From: an uncultured virus (IMG/VR IMGVR_UViG_3300021400_000484)
Lineage: Duplodnaviria > Heunggongvirae > Uroviricota > Caudoviricetes
Virus record (IMG/VR): IMGVR_UViG_3300021400_000484
Location: 57,745-77,744 of that record
Reading direction: 5' to 3' (one strand)
DNA length: 20,000 nucleotides
Part shown: in pieces, positions 6,765-14,638 of the stretch
Layout of the letters: each line of letters starts with the position of its first letter
Position numbering within the stretch: the first letter of the stretch is position 1
The notes under the pieces: generated by a model
Told to the model about the DNA's origin: nothing
Seen by the model: only the letters and a program-made list of their open reading frames with translations
The model's database searches: none
Translations under genes and position numbers: made by a program

Positions 6765-9104
6765 ATGATCGATGCTTCTATACTAAATAATTTTTCAAAA
6801 GAAGAAATTGAAAAAATCATAAAAGCACTTGATATAACACATGAAGAAAACAAGAAACAGACAGAACCAGAGCTTATTAGAGAGATAGAACCGATTGAGC
6901 GCTGGGTTAATAATCCGTATTATGTTGGAAAAGACGGATTAAAATTATATAATTTCTGGAAAGATGCGCTGATTGATATATTCGGAACACATAAAGGTCA
7001 ATATAATGAAGTTATTATAGAAGGCGCACTTGGTACTGGTAAAAGTACTGTCGGCACATTCATTCTTATACGAAAATTATATGAATTGTCTTGTTATAAG
7101 AATGTCGCAGGTTTGTTCGATTTAATGTCTTCTGCAAGCGTTGTTTTTATGTATTTCTCATTAACAAAACAGCAAGCAGAATTAACAGGTTTCAAACAGT
7201 TCAGAGAGACAGTTGATTCTATTCCATATTTTCAAGAAAATTTTTGCAGAAATATGCGACATAGTTCAATACTTGAGTTTCCAGAAAATGTCATATTCAG
7301 ACACGGTGCGAGACTGACAGATCAGATCGGATCAAACCTTATTGCGTCCATCATGGATGAGGCGAACTTTTTTAACCATGATGGAAGTGCGACGGCAGAT
7401 GCTGGTGCGTTGTCTGCCATTCAAGAATTGCACACAGCAGTTCTAAACCGAGGAGCTTCACGTTTTATGGCGAATGGCGTGAACTCATCTATATCAGTTC
7501 TTATTTCTTCTCCGACGTATTCTTCTTCATATACACAACAGCGTATTGAGGCTTCTATTGGTAATCCTCATGCAAAAGTTTTTAGATGCAGGTTGTGGGA
7601 TTGCAAACCAGATAAGTTTTCTAAAGAACATTTTTATGTTTTTTTAGGCAATGAAAAAGTAGATCCATTTATAATTAATGATGTCGAAGATTTAAATAAT
7701 GCATTAGAAGCAGAAATGTGTCAGCCATATCAAGGCTATGATCTTAAAGAAGGCATAGCTAAGATGCCACCTAGAATGCGTGAAAAGATAGACAGCATTC
7801 CTGTTGAGTTTAGAGATAGGTTTGATCAAAACTTATTGCAATCAATTATGGATGTTGCTGGTAAATCTGTTGCACCATCAGGTCGATTGTTTTCATCTAA
7901 AAAGATATGGAATGCCTGTATATCTGATAAAATCCCGCAGCTATTTACAAAGAATGAATTATCAATTACGACAGAGGATGATTCAGAAAGAAATACACTT
8001 GAATATTATTTAAAAGATAAATTTATTGATCCGCATTTGTCGCATTATATCCATATCGACCAATCTTATGCTCACGACTCTACGGGATTTGCGATTTGTC
8101 ATCGTGGTGAAAATGTCGTCCGCAATGGATCTTTAATGCCGACAATAATTATTGATTGTGCGCTGAGAATAAACCCACCACCACCACCTAAGAAAATATC
8201 TATTGCAAGGGTGCGATCTTTTATTTTCTATTGCATAAAGACATTAAAAATCAATATTGCAAAAGTTACATACGACTCTTTTTCAAGTGCAGAAAGTATT
8301 CAGACTTTAAAAGAGAATGGTGTTAATGCAGAAATGCAATCTGTCGATAGAACGGATGACGCATACCTAGGATTTATTGATTTGCTTTACGACAGCAGGA
8401 TAACTTTCAACAAGATGGATGCTGATTTGATGGCGACAGAAATATTTGAATTGGTGCATTATCGTGAACGTCATAAAGTTGACCACCAGCCTAATGGGTG
8501 TTTTTCTGGCCAGACAAAAATAAAAGTATGCGGCGAAGGTAATATAGCAATAGCAGAATTGGTTGGCAGAACTGACATACAGACTTATGGCATAGATGAT
8601 ACTGGCGAAATTATTGTCGTTCCAATCAGAAAAGTTTGGAAAGTAAAAGAAGAAGATCAAGTAACGAAAGTCAGGATATTAAATCTTGATGATGGTCAAA
8701 TAAGCGAAATTATTTGCACACGCGAACACATGTTTCTGTTAAAGAATGGAAGTTATGTGGACGCTAAGAGTTTAAGAACTGGGATGCCGCTTGCAGGATT
8801 TGGAAAACATGCAGTAGCAAGCATAATGAATTATACTACATTATCGCCGATACCTGTATATGACATGGAATCGCCTGTTACGCACAATTATTGTTTGGGC
8901 AATGGCATTATAGTTCACAACTCAAAAGACGTTATGGATGCCGTCGTTGGATGTGTTTATTCTGCTATTAAAGATAAGGATTTTGAAGTTATAACGCCAC
9001 AACAATTTTCCGCTGGCTTGAAAGGAAATTATGATACATACGATGATGATGATATTTTCTCTCAAGATGAATTATTGTCTGGTTATGAATATAGAGATTT
9101 GTGA
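6765..9104 (+). CDS. terL: Terminase large subunit with an intein
   Basis: Walker A EGALGTGKST, Walker B IMDEANF, motif III LISSP. RNase H-like nuclease motifs IHIDQS..DSTG, TYDSF and VDH..(intein)..SKDVMDA. ATG 6765 follows an AGGTG SD (the track starts at GTG 6756). Confidence 0.92.
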   Translation: MIDASILNNFSKEEIEKIIKALDITHEENKKQTEPELIREIEPIERWVNNPYYVGKDGLKLYNFWKDALIDIFGTHKGQYNEVIIEGALGTGKSTVGTFILIRKLYELSCYKNVAGLFDLMSSASVVFMYFSLTKQQAELTGFKQFRETVDSIPYFQENFCRNMRHSSILEFPENVIFRHGARLTDQIGSNLIASIMDEANFFNHDGSATADAGALSAIQELHTAVLNRGASRFMANGVNSSISVLISSPTYSSSYTQQRIEASIGNPHAKVFRCRLWDCKPDKFSKEHFYVFLGNEKVDPFIINDVEDLNNALEAEMCQPYQGYDLKEGIAKMPPRMREKIDSIPVEFRDRFDQNLLQSIMDVAGKSVAPSGRLFSSKKIWNACISDKIPQLFTKNELSITTEDDSERNTLEYYLKDKFIDPHLSHYIHIDQSYAHDSTGFAICHRGENVVRNGSLMPTIIIDCALRINPPPPPKKISIARVRSFIFYCIKTLKINIAKVTYDSFSSAESIQTLKENGVNAEMQSVDRTDDAYLGFIDLLYDSRITFNKMDADLMATEIFELVHYRERHKVDHQPNGCFSGQTKIKVCGEGNIAIAELVGRTDIQTYGIDDTGEIIVVPIRKVWKVKEEDQVTKVRILNLDDGQISEIICTREHMFLLKNGSYVDAKSLRTGMPLAGFGKHAVASIMNYTTLSPIPVYDMESPVTHNYCLGNGIIVHNSKDVMDAVVGCVYSAIKDKDFEVITPQQFSAGLKGNYDTYDDDDIFSQDELLSGYEYRDL
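8499..8921 (+). mobile_element. Mini-intein (141 aa) in the terminase nuclease domain
   Basis: Starts CFSGQTKI, block B ICTREHMF, block F PVYDMES, ends HNYCLGNGIIVHN followed by Ser+1. Too short to hold an endonuclease. Confidence 0.93.
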
Positions 9105-9110
9105 TAAAAC

Positions 9111-9124
9111 TTTCTATCTAATAA
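9111..9124 (+). promoter_or_regulatory. Putative late promoter motif TTTCTATCTAATAA
   Basis: Intergenic, about 40 nt upstream of ATG 9164. Confidence 0.65.
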
Positions 9125-9163
9125 TTATAATCGGTTTGTTTCTTTTCATTTGGAGATATTGCT

Positions 9164-9568
9164 ATGCTAAATAATAATAAGAAAACATCTAAACGTAAAT
9201 TGATGGAAACATTGATTGCACTCAAAAAAGTTAAACAGCAAAAAAGAGATATACTTGAGCATTACACGAAGAAAGCATTAAATGAGCGACACGAATGTTG
9301 TATGGGTGGGGCTTGCAAACATCCAAAGATGGATCAAGAAATGTTCGATGCGTATGCAGAGGATTGCAATGATTATCTTGCACAGTGTCAGGATGTGTTT
9401 TCTGGTTGCTTAGACGTTCCAGAAATTGCAGGCTGCTTTGATGGTATATGTGATCCCGATGGCGTCGTTTATGATGATTGTCCAGAAGATGATTTCGATG
9501 ATTGCATTGATACTTGCATAGATATGCTTGCTTTGTTAGTTGTTCCTGTTCGAGTTCGTTCTTGCTAA
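9164..9568 (+). CDS. Hypothetical protein with a basic N-terminus and a Cys/Asp-rich C-terminus
   Basis: GGAG SD. Twelve Cys in the last ~90 aa. Confidence 0.75.
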   Translation: MLNNNKKTSKRKLMETLIALKKVKQQKRDILEHYTKKALNERHECCMGGACKHPKMDQEMFDAYAEDCNDYLAQCQDVFSGCLDVPEIAGCFDGICDPDGVVYDDCPEDDFDDCIDTCIDMLALLVVPVRVRSC

Positions 9569-9584
9569 TATAGGAGTTTTAATT

Positions 9585-10229
9585 ATGATAAAGAGAACAA
9601 GAAAAATATTCAAAGAGTCATTATCATCTGTTAAAAATGAAATCATGGATATGTTCAATGATGTTAAAGATGGCCTCGAAGCAGCGCGTGAATCTGGAAG
9701 TGATGTTTCTGATATAACAGTTGTTATTCAGACATGGGATCAAGGCGCACCAGTGTTAGTTAAAGGTGCTTATAATTATTATAGCGGAGACGTTAATGTT
9801 GATGCAGACGAATTCATTGACGATCATGACAAACTCATTAAAGATTATATGAAAGATTTTAATGAAGAAGTCAATGAGCGCAATGAAATGCTAGATGATA
9901 TTCTTAGTAAGATGTGGAATGATGTAGAGAATGGTGATCTTGACGAGGATGAATATTATGAAGAAGAACATCGTTTGATGGATGATACTTGTACATGGTC
10001 TGTCAGCATTGAACTCAGCAAGGGTAAAGATGAGATTGAAAGTTCAATAGCAGTCAATGTTGAATCAGGTGATGCAGAAATTCTTGACAGCAATACACTT
10101 TCAGTCGATGAAGTTGAAAAGTGGTGCAAGAAAAAATCTGAAAGCAGAATTATGCGAGAAAGCCGCATTGCTAGCAGACGTAATGGCTTGAGAAAAGTCT
10201 TAGAGAACCGCCGCGATCGTCGTAGTTAA
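9585..10229 (+). CDS. Acidic hypothetical protein with basic termini, candidate head-internal protein
   Basis: AGGAG SD at 9572-9576 supports ATG 9585 (MIKRTRKIFKES...) over the track start at 9540. Confidence 0.75.
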   Translation: MIKRTRKIFKESLSSVKNEIMDMFNDVKDGLEAARESGSDVSDITVVIQTWDQGAPVLVKGAYNYYSGDVNVDADEFIDDHDKLIKDYMKDFNEEVNERNEMLDDILSKMWNDVENGDLDEDEYYEEEHRLMDDTCTWSVSIELSKGKDEIESSIAVNVESGDAEILDSNTLSVDEVEKWCKKKSESRIMRESRIASRRNGLRKVLENRRDRRS

Positions 10230-10597
10230 TTTTTAATTTTTTCAAAAGATTTAACCGCACCTGTATTTAAAAGTATGGGTGCGGTTTTTTTTATGTCGTT
10301 GTAGTCTGGCAATTCTGGGAAAAGCTCGAAATCACAGAAGTTGTTTTTACCAAGAATAAAATTGAAAACGCCAGACTGCACATATCCAGTTAGATGTGTC
10401 GTTGTAACGATACCTGTTATTTCATAATCAAATTCGTTTTGATCAAATAGTTCAATTTCAATTTTAACGAATCCCTTGTTATCCATCCACTCTTTATATT
10501 CCAGTGCTTTTATTCGTTTCTTATGATTTGCTTTTGAAAACAAAACGATAAGAATGATAAAAATAAAAAGAGCAAAAAACATAAAGAGTGTTTCCAC
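10226..10597 (-). CDS. Hypothetical protein with an N-terminal membrane anchor
   Basis: Hydrophobic LFMFFALFIFIILIVLF followed by basic residues. GTG start just after the upstream stop. Confidence 0.65.
   Translation of the reverse strand: METLFMFFALFIFIILIVLFSKANHKKRIKALEYKEWMDNKGFVKIEIELFDQNEFDYEITGIVTTTHLTGYVQSGVFNFILGKNNFCDFELFPELPDYNDIKKTAPILLNTGAVKSFEKIKN
10253..10292 (+). terminator. Intrinsic terminator embedded in the convergent gene
   Basis: AACCGCACC (10253-10261) pairs with GGTGCGGTT (10278-10286), extended by G-U pairs and followed by a T8 tract. Starts 24 nt after the stop at 10229. Confidence 0.7.
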
Positions 10598-10603
10598 GAT
10601 AGC

Positions 10604-11134
10604 CTATTGAGAATTGATCAAAAATTCATCATCTGTCATTGTTTGCCAAGGTGATGTGATATGTGTCTTTTCGATAGTTTCACCTTTTGAAGTCTCTGCA
10701 TGTTTGTCATATTCATCTGCGAGTATCGGATTGTCTTTTTCATACGATACAGCAGACAATATATTCCACAAACCGTATAAATAATTACGATTTATTCTTG
10801 TGATTTGCAAGCACATTTTATCTTCAAACAATAAAACATCACCTTGTTTTAACACAAGAAGCTGACCGTTTACTTTATATGGTGCGAAAAGCAGTAGATG
10901 TTGATCCTCTTTATCCTCTCTAAACCATCCAAGATTGTTTAATAATTTTCTTTGCGGATTGGTTTGTAATAGAACTCGCAGGGATGTGCCTTTATCCAAA
11001 GTTATGTTATCCAAATATTTTGAATAAATAGCCCGTGGAAAAAGTGTTACATTCTGTCCCCAAAACTCAAGTGCTTCGTTTATTGAGTCTGACAGGAATG
11101 TTAATTCTTGTTGTGATGGTAGCAAAGATGGCAT
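10604..11134 (-). CDS. Putative neck/head-closure protein (T4 gp14-like)
   Basis: INEALEFWGQNVTLFPR..LGWFRED..LLF..LKQGDVLLF..LQITRI parallels the gp14 pattern ESIQMRGVECYYVPR..PKEGDLIYF..FEI. GAGGTG SD. Confidence 0.55.
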   Translation of the reverse strand: MPSLLPSQQELTFLSDSINEALEFWGQNVTLFPRAIYSKYLDNITLDKGTSLRVLLQTNPQRKLLNNLGWFREDKEDQHLLLFAPYKVNGQLLVLKQGDVLLFEDKMCLQITRINRNYLYGLWNILSAVSYEKDNPILADEYDKHAETSKGETIEKTHITSPWQTMTDDEFLINSQ

Positions 11135-11152
11135 GGCATCACCTCGGTATTA

Positions 11153-11449
11153 TTATTGGAACGGTGGAAATCCAGTTGTTGAATAGACTTGGTTTAACTG
11201 ATAAGGCACGGTGTCGATTTGTGTTGATTCGCCATCTGCTTCGATGCTGACACCTGTGACTATCTGAATAAAGTTTCCGTTGAATGTTATGACTTGACCG
11301 AATTTGTCTTCAAAAACAACTTTGTCGGCAAGTTCGAGTTCGTTTGGATCTGTGATTTCAACTAGCTTGTAGATCTTCTTATAGATTGTGCCTGCGACTG
11401 TCATGCCCATACTGCATTCGCCGCGATGCTCTGGTGTAAATTCTGACAT
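11153..11449 (-). CDS. Hypothetical protein (98 aa), probably late/virion
   Basis: AGGAG SD, late-type motif about 36 nt upstream, co-transcribed with the neck-like gene. Confidence 0.7.
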   Translation of the reverse strand: MSEFTPEHRGECSMGMTVAGTIYKKIYKLVEITDPNELELADKVVFEDKFGQVITFNGNFIQIVTGVSIEADGESTQIDTVPYQLNQVYSTTGFPPFQ

Positions 11450-11484
11450 AATGAACTCCTAAATGATAAGAGAAATGACGATTA

Positions 11485-11494
11485 TTATTAGATA
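11485..11494 (-). promoter_or_regulatory. Putative late promoter motif TATCTAATAA
   Basis: Intergenic and oriented toward ATG 11449. Confidence 0.6.
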
Positions 11495-11518
11495 TATCGT
11501 TGCGGTGGAAACTTTTGT

Positions 11519-11546
11519 TTGACATGCGGTTTAAATTGTGAATAAT
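11519..11546 (+). promoter_or_regulatory. Sigma70-type promoter for the zinc-finger/polymerase operon
   Basis: Perfect TTGACA (11519-11524), 16-nt spacer, AATAAT (11541-11546). Confidence 0.5.
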
Positions 11547-11574
11547 GTTAATGATTTGTTTTTCGGAGATGCAA

Positions 11575-12045
11575 ATGCAATCAGACAAATTACTGGAAAC
11601 AAACACGCAATTTCAACGGCATATATTAAATTCAACTTTGGATTTTAGAATTGCATGTGAGCAATATGGAATAAACTTGCGTGCAGCTAAGTCAGGTGTG
11701 TGCTTTTGCCCATTCCATTATAATCGCAATACGCCGTCGGCAAAAGTTTACGAAGATAGCCTTTATTGCTTTTCAGAAAACCGTTCATTTCGTGTTAGCA
11801 GTTTGTTTGATTATGGATTGGTGTCAGATACAATCCAAAACGCATTTAATAATATATGGTGTCTTTTGAGCAATGATGCAAAAGATGAATTGATAAAATC
11901 ATTTAACGACAATGAAAATAATTCTGCTCAATGGATGATACGAAAAGAATTAGCACCTTTGAATGATTATAGACGTGGTATAATTGATTATAGTACATAT
12001 TGTAAACGTCTTTTGTCATGTCTGTCAGAAATTTCGAGGCAGTGA
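11575..12045 (+). CDS. Stand-alone primase-type (CHC2-like) zinc-finger protein
   Basis: ACEQYGINL...CFCPFHYNRNTPSAKVYEDSLYCFSE matches the DnaG zinc-binding pattern CPFH.e.tPS..v....yhCF. GGAG SD at 11565-11568 favours ATG 11575. Confidence 0.75.
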   Translation: MQSDKLLETNTQFQRHILNSTLDFRIACEQYGINLRAAKSGVCFCPFHYNRNTPSAKVYEDSLYCFSENRSFRVSSLFDYGLVSDTIQNAFNNIWCLLSNDAKDELIKSFNDNENNSAQWMIRKELAPLNDYRRGIIDYSTYCKRLLSCLSEISRQ

Positions 12046-14627
12046 TGCGGACAACGTTTGTTTCATCTTTAAATCTAAAAAATGCAGACGCACAAAGCAC
12101 TGACTGTATTTTGTTTAGTTGTGATGATAGCAATAAACTTTTTTTGCTATTTAATAATTATCAAAACAAACATAGGGTATTAGAATATTATTTTGCTGGT
12201 GATGATACGCAGATAGTTTATTTTGGTGGTCAAACAGAATATAGAATTTTATTAAATTTTGGTGCAATACCACAAAAGCTGTCGTTGACGCCAATTGATC
12301 TAAATGCGAGATATTGGAACGCAGATACAACGAGAACGAATCAAAATTATCTTGACGCACTTGAACAGTTAAAAATAATAGATTCAGAACAACGCACTGC
12401 AATAGAATTGTTTCTTGTTTATACATATAGACATTCACAGTCTGGTTTTGTTGAAATAGAAGAAAACATTGAATCAGATTTATATATAAACGCAAGAAGA
12501 ATTATGTATGGATTGAAACTTATTTATCAAAACAGTTCAAACAGAACTTTTGCAGATTCTATTGATGATGTATTATCACAATCACTTATGAAAATAGAAG
12601 ATAATAAAATTAAGTTGGATGAGCAATATATCAGATATTTGCGATCTGAAATAAACACAAAGACAAAGGAAGTGCTTAACGACATTTATTCTATTGCAGG
12701 AAAACGTTTCAATATAAATTCACCGAGAGAGTTAAATTTCATATTGAGTGAGCAAGGTTTATCGACAAACTCACTGACAAAAAATGCACTTGAGACAAAT
12801 TATGAGCAAACTGGGCTTATGATTTTTAAGCTCATAGACAAATACAGAAAACTTGTAATGTATGGCGAGCAATATATAAAGCCGCTTGAAAATTCTTTAA
12901 AAAATGGCTTTGGCCGTTTCAAATATAAAACAACATCAGTGCCGTGTCTTACGCAGGGTCATTTCTGTTTTGTAAAAGACCGTGGAATTATCGACATTGC
13001 GTGTGTAAAAAAAGATGATTTCATTTGGACTGACTTTGGTTTTAAACGTGTTTTATGGAATGAGGCTCATAAAACAAATGATATAACAAGGGTTGAATTG
13101 TCTAATGGTATGACGATAACTGGCGCGAGCCATCACCCAATTTTAGTTAATTCTTCTGCTAATATCAGAAGTAAATACCATTCGATATCGCAGCAATGGT
13201 GCGCGCTTGAAAATTTATTTATTGGTGAAAGCGTTATTTGCAATTATGATTATAAATCTTTGAAACAAGAAAAAGAACAATATCATCTTGCAGGCGAAAT
13301 TATTTGCAAGATAATGAATTCATATTCTGAATATAACAATAAGAAATATGGTGATACTCATTATCTTCGATTTGATAACATCACATTTTCTCACATGATG
13401 ACATTTGAATCATTCAAATCATATTGTGAGTTTGTCGGTCTTAAATTTTGGTGCTTCACTTATGGAAAAAATAATGAGCATTATGACATTGTTTTCTATG
13501 ATCAGAATAGCTTAAAAGATTTTTGTTCTGATTTTGCTGCGTATTTGAATAATAAAAATAAGAATTATATAGAAAATTTTTTGAAGAATTTAGCAAGCAG
13601 TGATTTCAATTATGAGCATTGTCATCCAAAAGATAATGGATATTTCAATCTGCAATATGAGGAAACGACAGTAATTTCAGTTACAAAATTAAATACTGAA
13701 ATGACGGTTTATGATATTGAGGTTGAGGATGTTCATGAATATAATGCAAATGGAATAAGGAATCACAATACAGGTCGTCTTGCATCATCGCGAACATCTG
13801 ACAGCAATAAATATTTTACAAAGTTAAATATTCAAAGCGTTCCAAAGAATTATATAGACAATATCAATGTGCGTAAATGCTTTTTGCCGAATGATAATTG
13901 TGAATGGTGCTGCATAGATTTCAAAGCACAAGAAATGCGGCTTGCGTCTTATTTGTATGGATTAAAAAAAATAAATAGCATACCGCTGAATGAAGATATT
14001 TATACAGAATTTGGAAAAGAATTAAATTTGTTTAATGGTGCTGAATTGTCAGAACATACGAAGCGAGAAGCATCTAAGGTTATTTGTCTTGGTATGATTT
14101 ATGGATTGTCTAATTATGGTATTGTTAGACAGTTAAAATCACTTGGAATTGATGTCGATGAAAATCATGATTTCAGACAATCATTTTATGATATTTGTCC
14201 AGAATTAAAAGATGGTCAAAGCCGAACGTTAAAATATGCACATGCTATAAATGGTATTTATACGATAAGTGGTAGGTTTAGAAAGATTGAATTTACGGAT
14301 TATGACAAAGAAAATTTGTTGACAAGAAATAATAGGATTGCACTAAATACTGTAATTCAGGGTGCTTGCGGTGATATTATGCGTGTCGTTCTTAATAAGG
14401 TTGAAAAAGAAATAAAACCACGATATAAAGAATATGGTTTCGCTTTATTAAGCACCATTCATGATGAGATAAACATAAGCATTCCTGCTGGCAAATCGTT
14501 GCAAAAGATTATTATAAATGACATTCTATCTATAATAACAAAGCCGATAGACCAACTTCAAGATTTGCAGTTTGGATGCTCTGTTTCCATTGGCAAATCT
14601 TGGGGAGCGTTGTCGCCGATTGTTTAG
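12045..14627 (+). CDS. polA: Family A DNA polymerase with an intein
   Basis: RFNINSPRELNFIL, YRKL, TGRLASS, LNIQSVP, motif A IDFKAQEMRL, motif B REASKVICLGMIYG, NTVIQG and motif C TIHDEI. ATG 12045 overlaps the upstream TGA (TGATG) and follows GAGG (the track start is 12018). Confidence 0.92.
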   Translation: MRTTFVSSLNLKNADAQSTDCILFSCDDSNKLFLLFNNYQNKHRVLEYYFAGDDTQIVYFGGQTEYRILLNFGAIPQKLSLTPIDLNARYWNADTTRTNQNYLDALEQLKIIDSEQRTAIELFLVYTYRHSQSGFVEIEENIESDLYINARRIMYGLKLIYQNSSNRTFADSIDDVLSQSLMKIEDNKIKLDEQYIRYLRSEINTKTKEVLNDIYSIAGKRFNINSPRELNFILSEQGLSTNSLTKNALETNYEQTGLMIFKLIDKYRKLVMYGEQYIKPLENSLKNGFGRFKYKTTSVPCLTQGHFCFVKDRGIIDIACVKKDDFIWTDFGFKRVLWNEAHKTNDITRVELSNGMTITGASHHPILVNSSANIRSKYHSISQQWCALENLFIGESVICNYDYKSLKQEKEQYHLAGEIICKIMNSYSEYNNKKYGDTHYLRFDNITFSHMMTFESFKSYCEFVGLKFWCFTYGKNNEHYDIVFYDQNSLKDFCSDFAAYLNNKNKNYIENFLKNLASSDFNYEHCHPKDNGYFNLQYEETTVISVTKLNTEMTVYDIEVEDVHEYNANGIRNHNTGRLASSRTSDSNKYFTKLNIQSVPKNYIDNINVRKCFLPNDNCEWCCIDFKAQEMRLASYLYGLKKINSIPLNEDIYTEFGKELNLFNGAELSEHTKREASKVICLGMIYGLSNYGIVRQLKSLGIDVDENHDFRQSFYDICPELKDGQSRTLKYAHAINGIYTISGRFRKIEFTDYDKENLLTRNNRIALNTVIQGACGDIMRVVLNKVEKEIKPRYKEYGFALLSTIHDEINISIPAGKSLQKIIINDILSIITKPIDQLQDLQFGCSVSIGKSWGALSPIV
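12945..13769 (+). mobile_element. Intein (275 aa) in PolA with an apparently degenerate endonuclease insert
   Basis: Starts CLTQGHF, block B ITGASHHPIL, block F VYDIEVEDVHEY, ends ANGIRNHN followed by Thr+1 of TGRLASS. Confidence 0.92.
14524..14535 (+). promoter_or_regulatory. Putative late promoter motif TTCTATCTATAA inside the 3' end of polA
   Basis: About 104 nt upstream of ATG 14639. Matches the core of the 1659 and 17786 copies. Confidence 0.6.
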
Positions 14628-14638
14628 GAGATATTATC

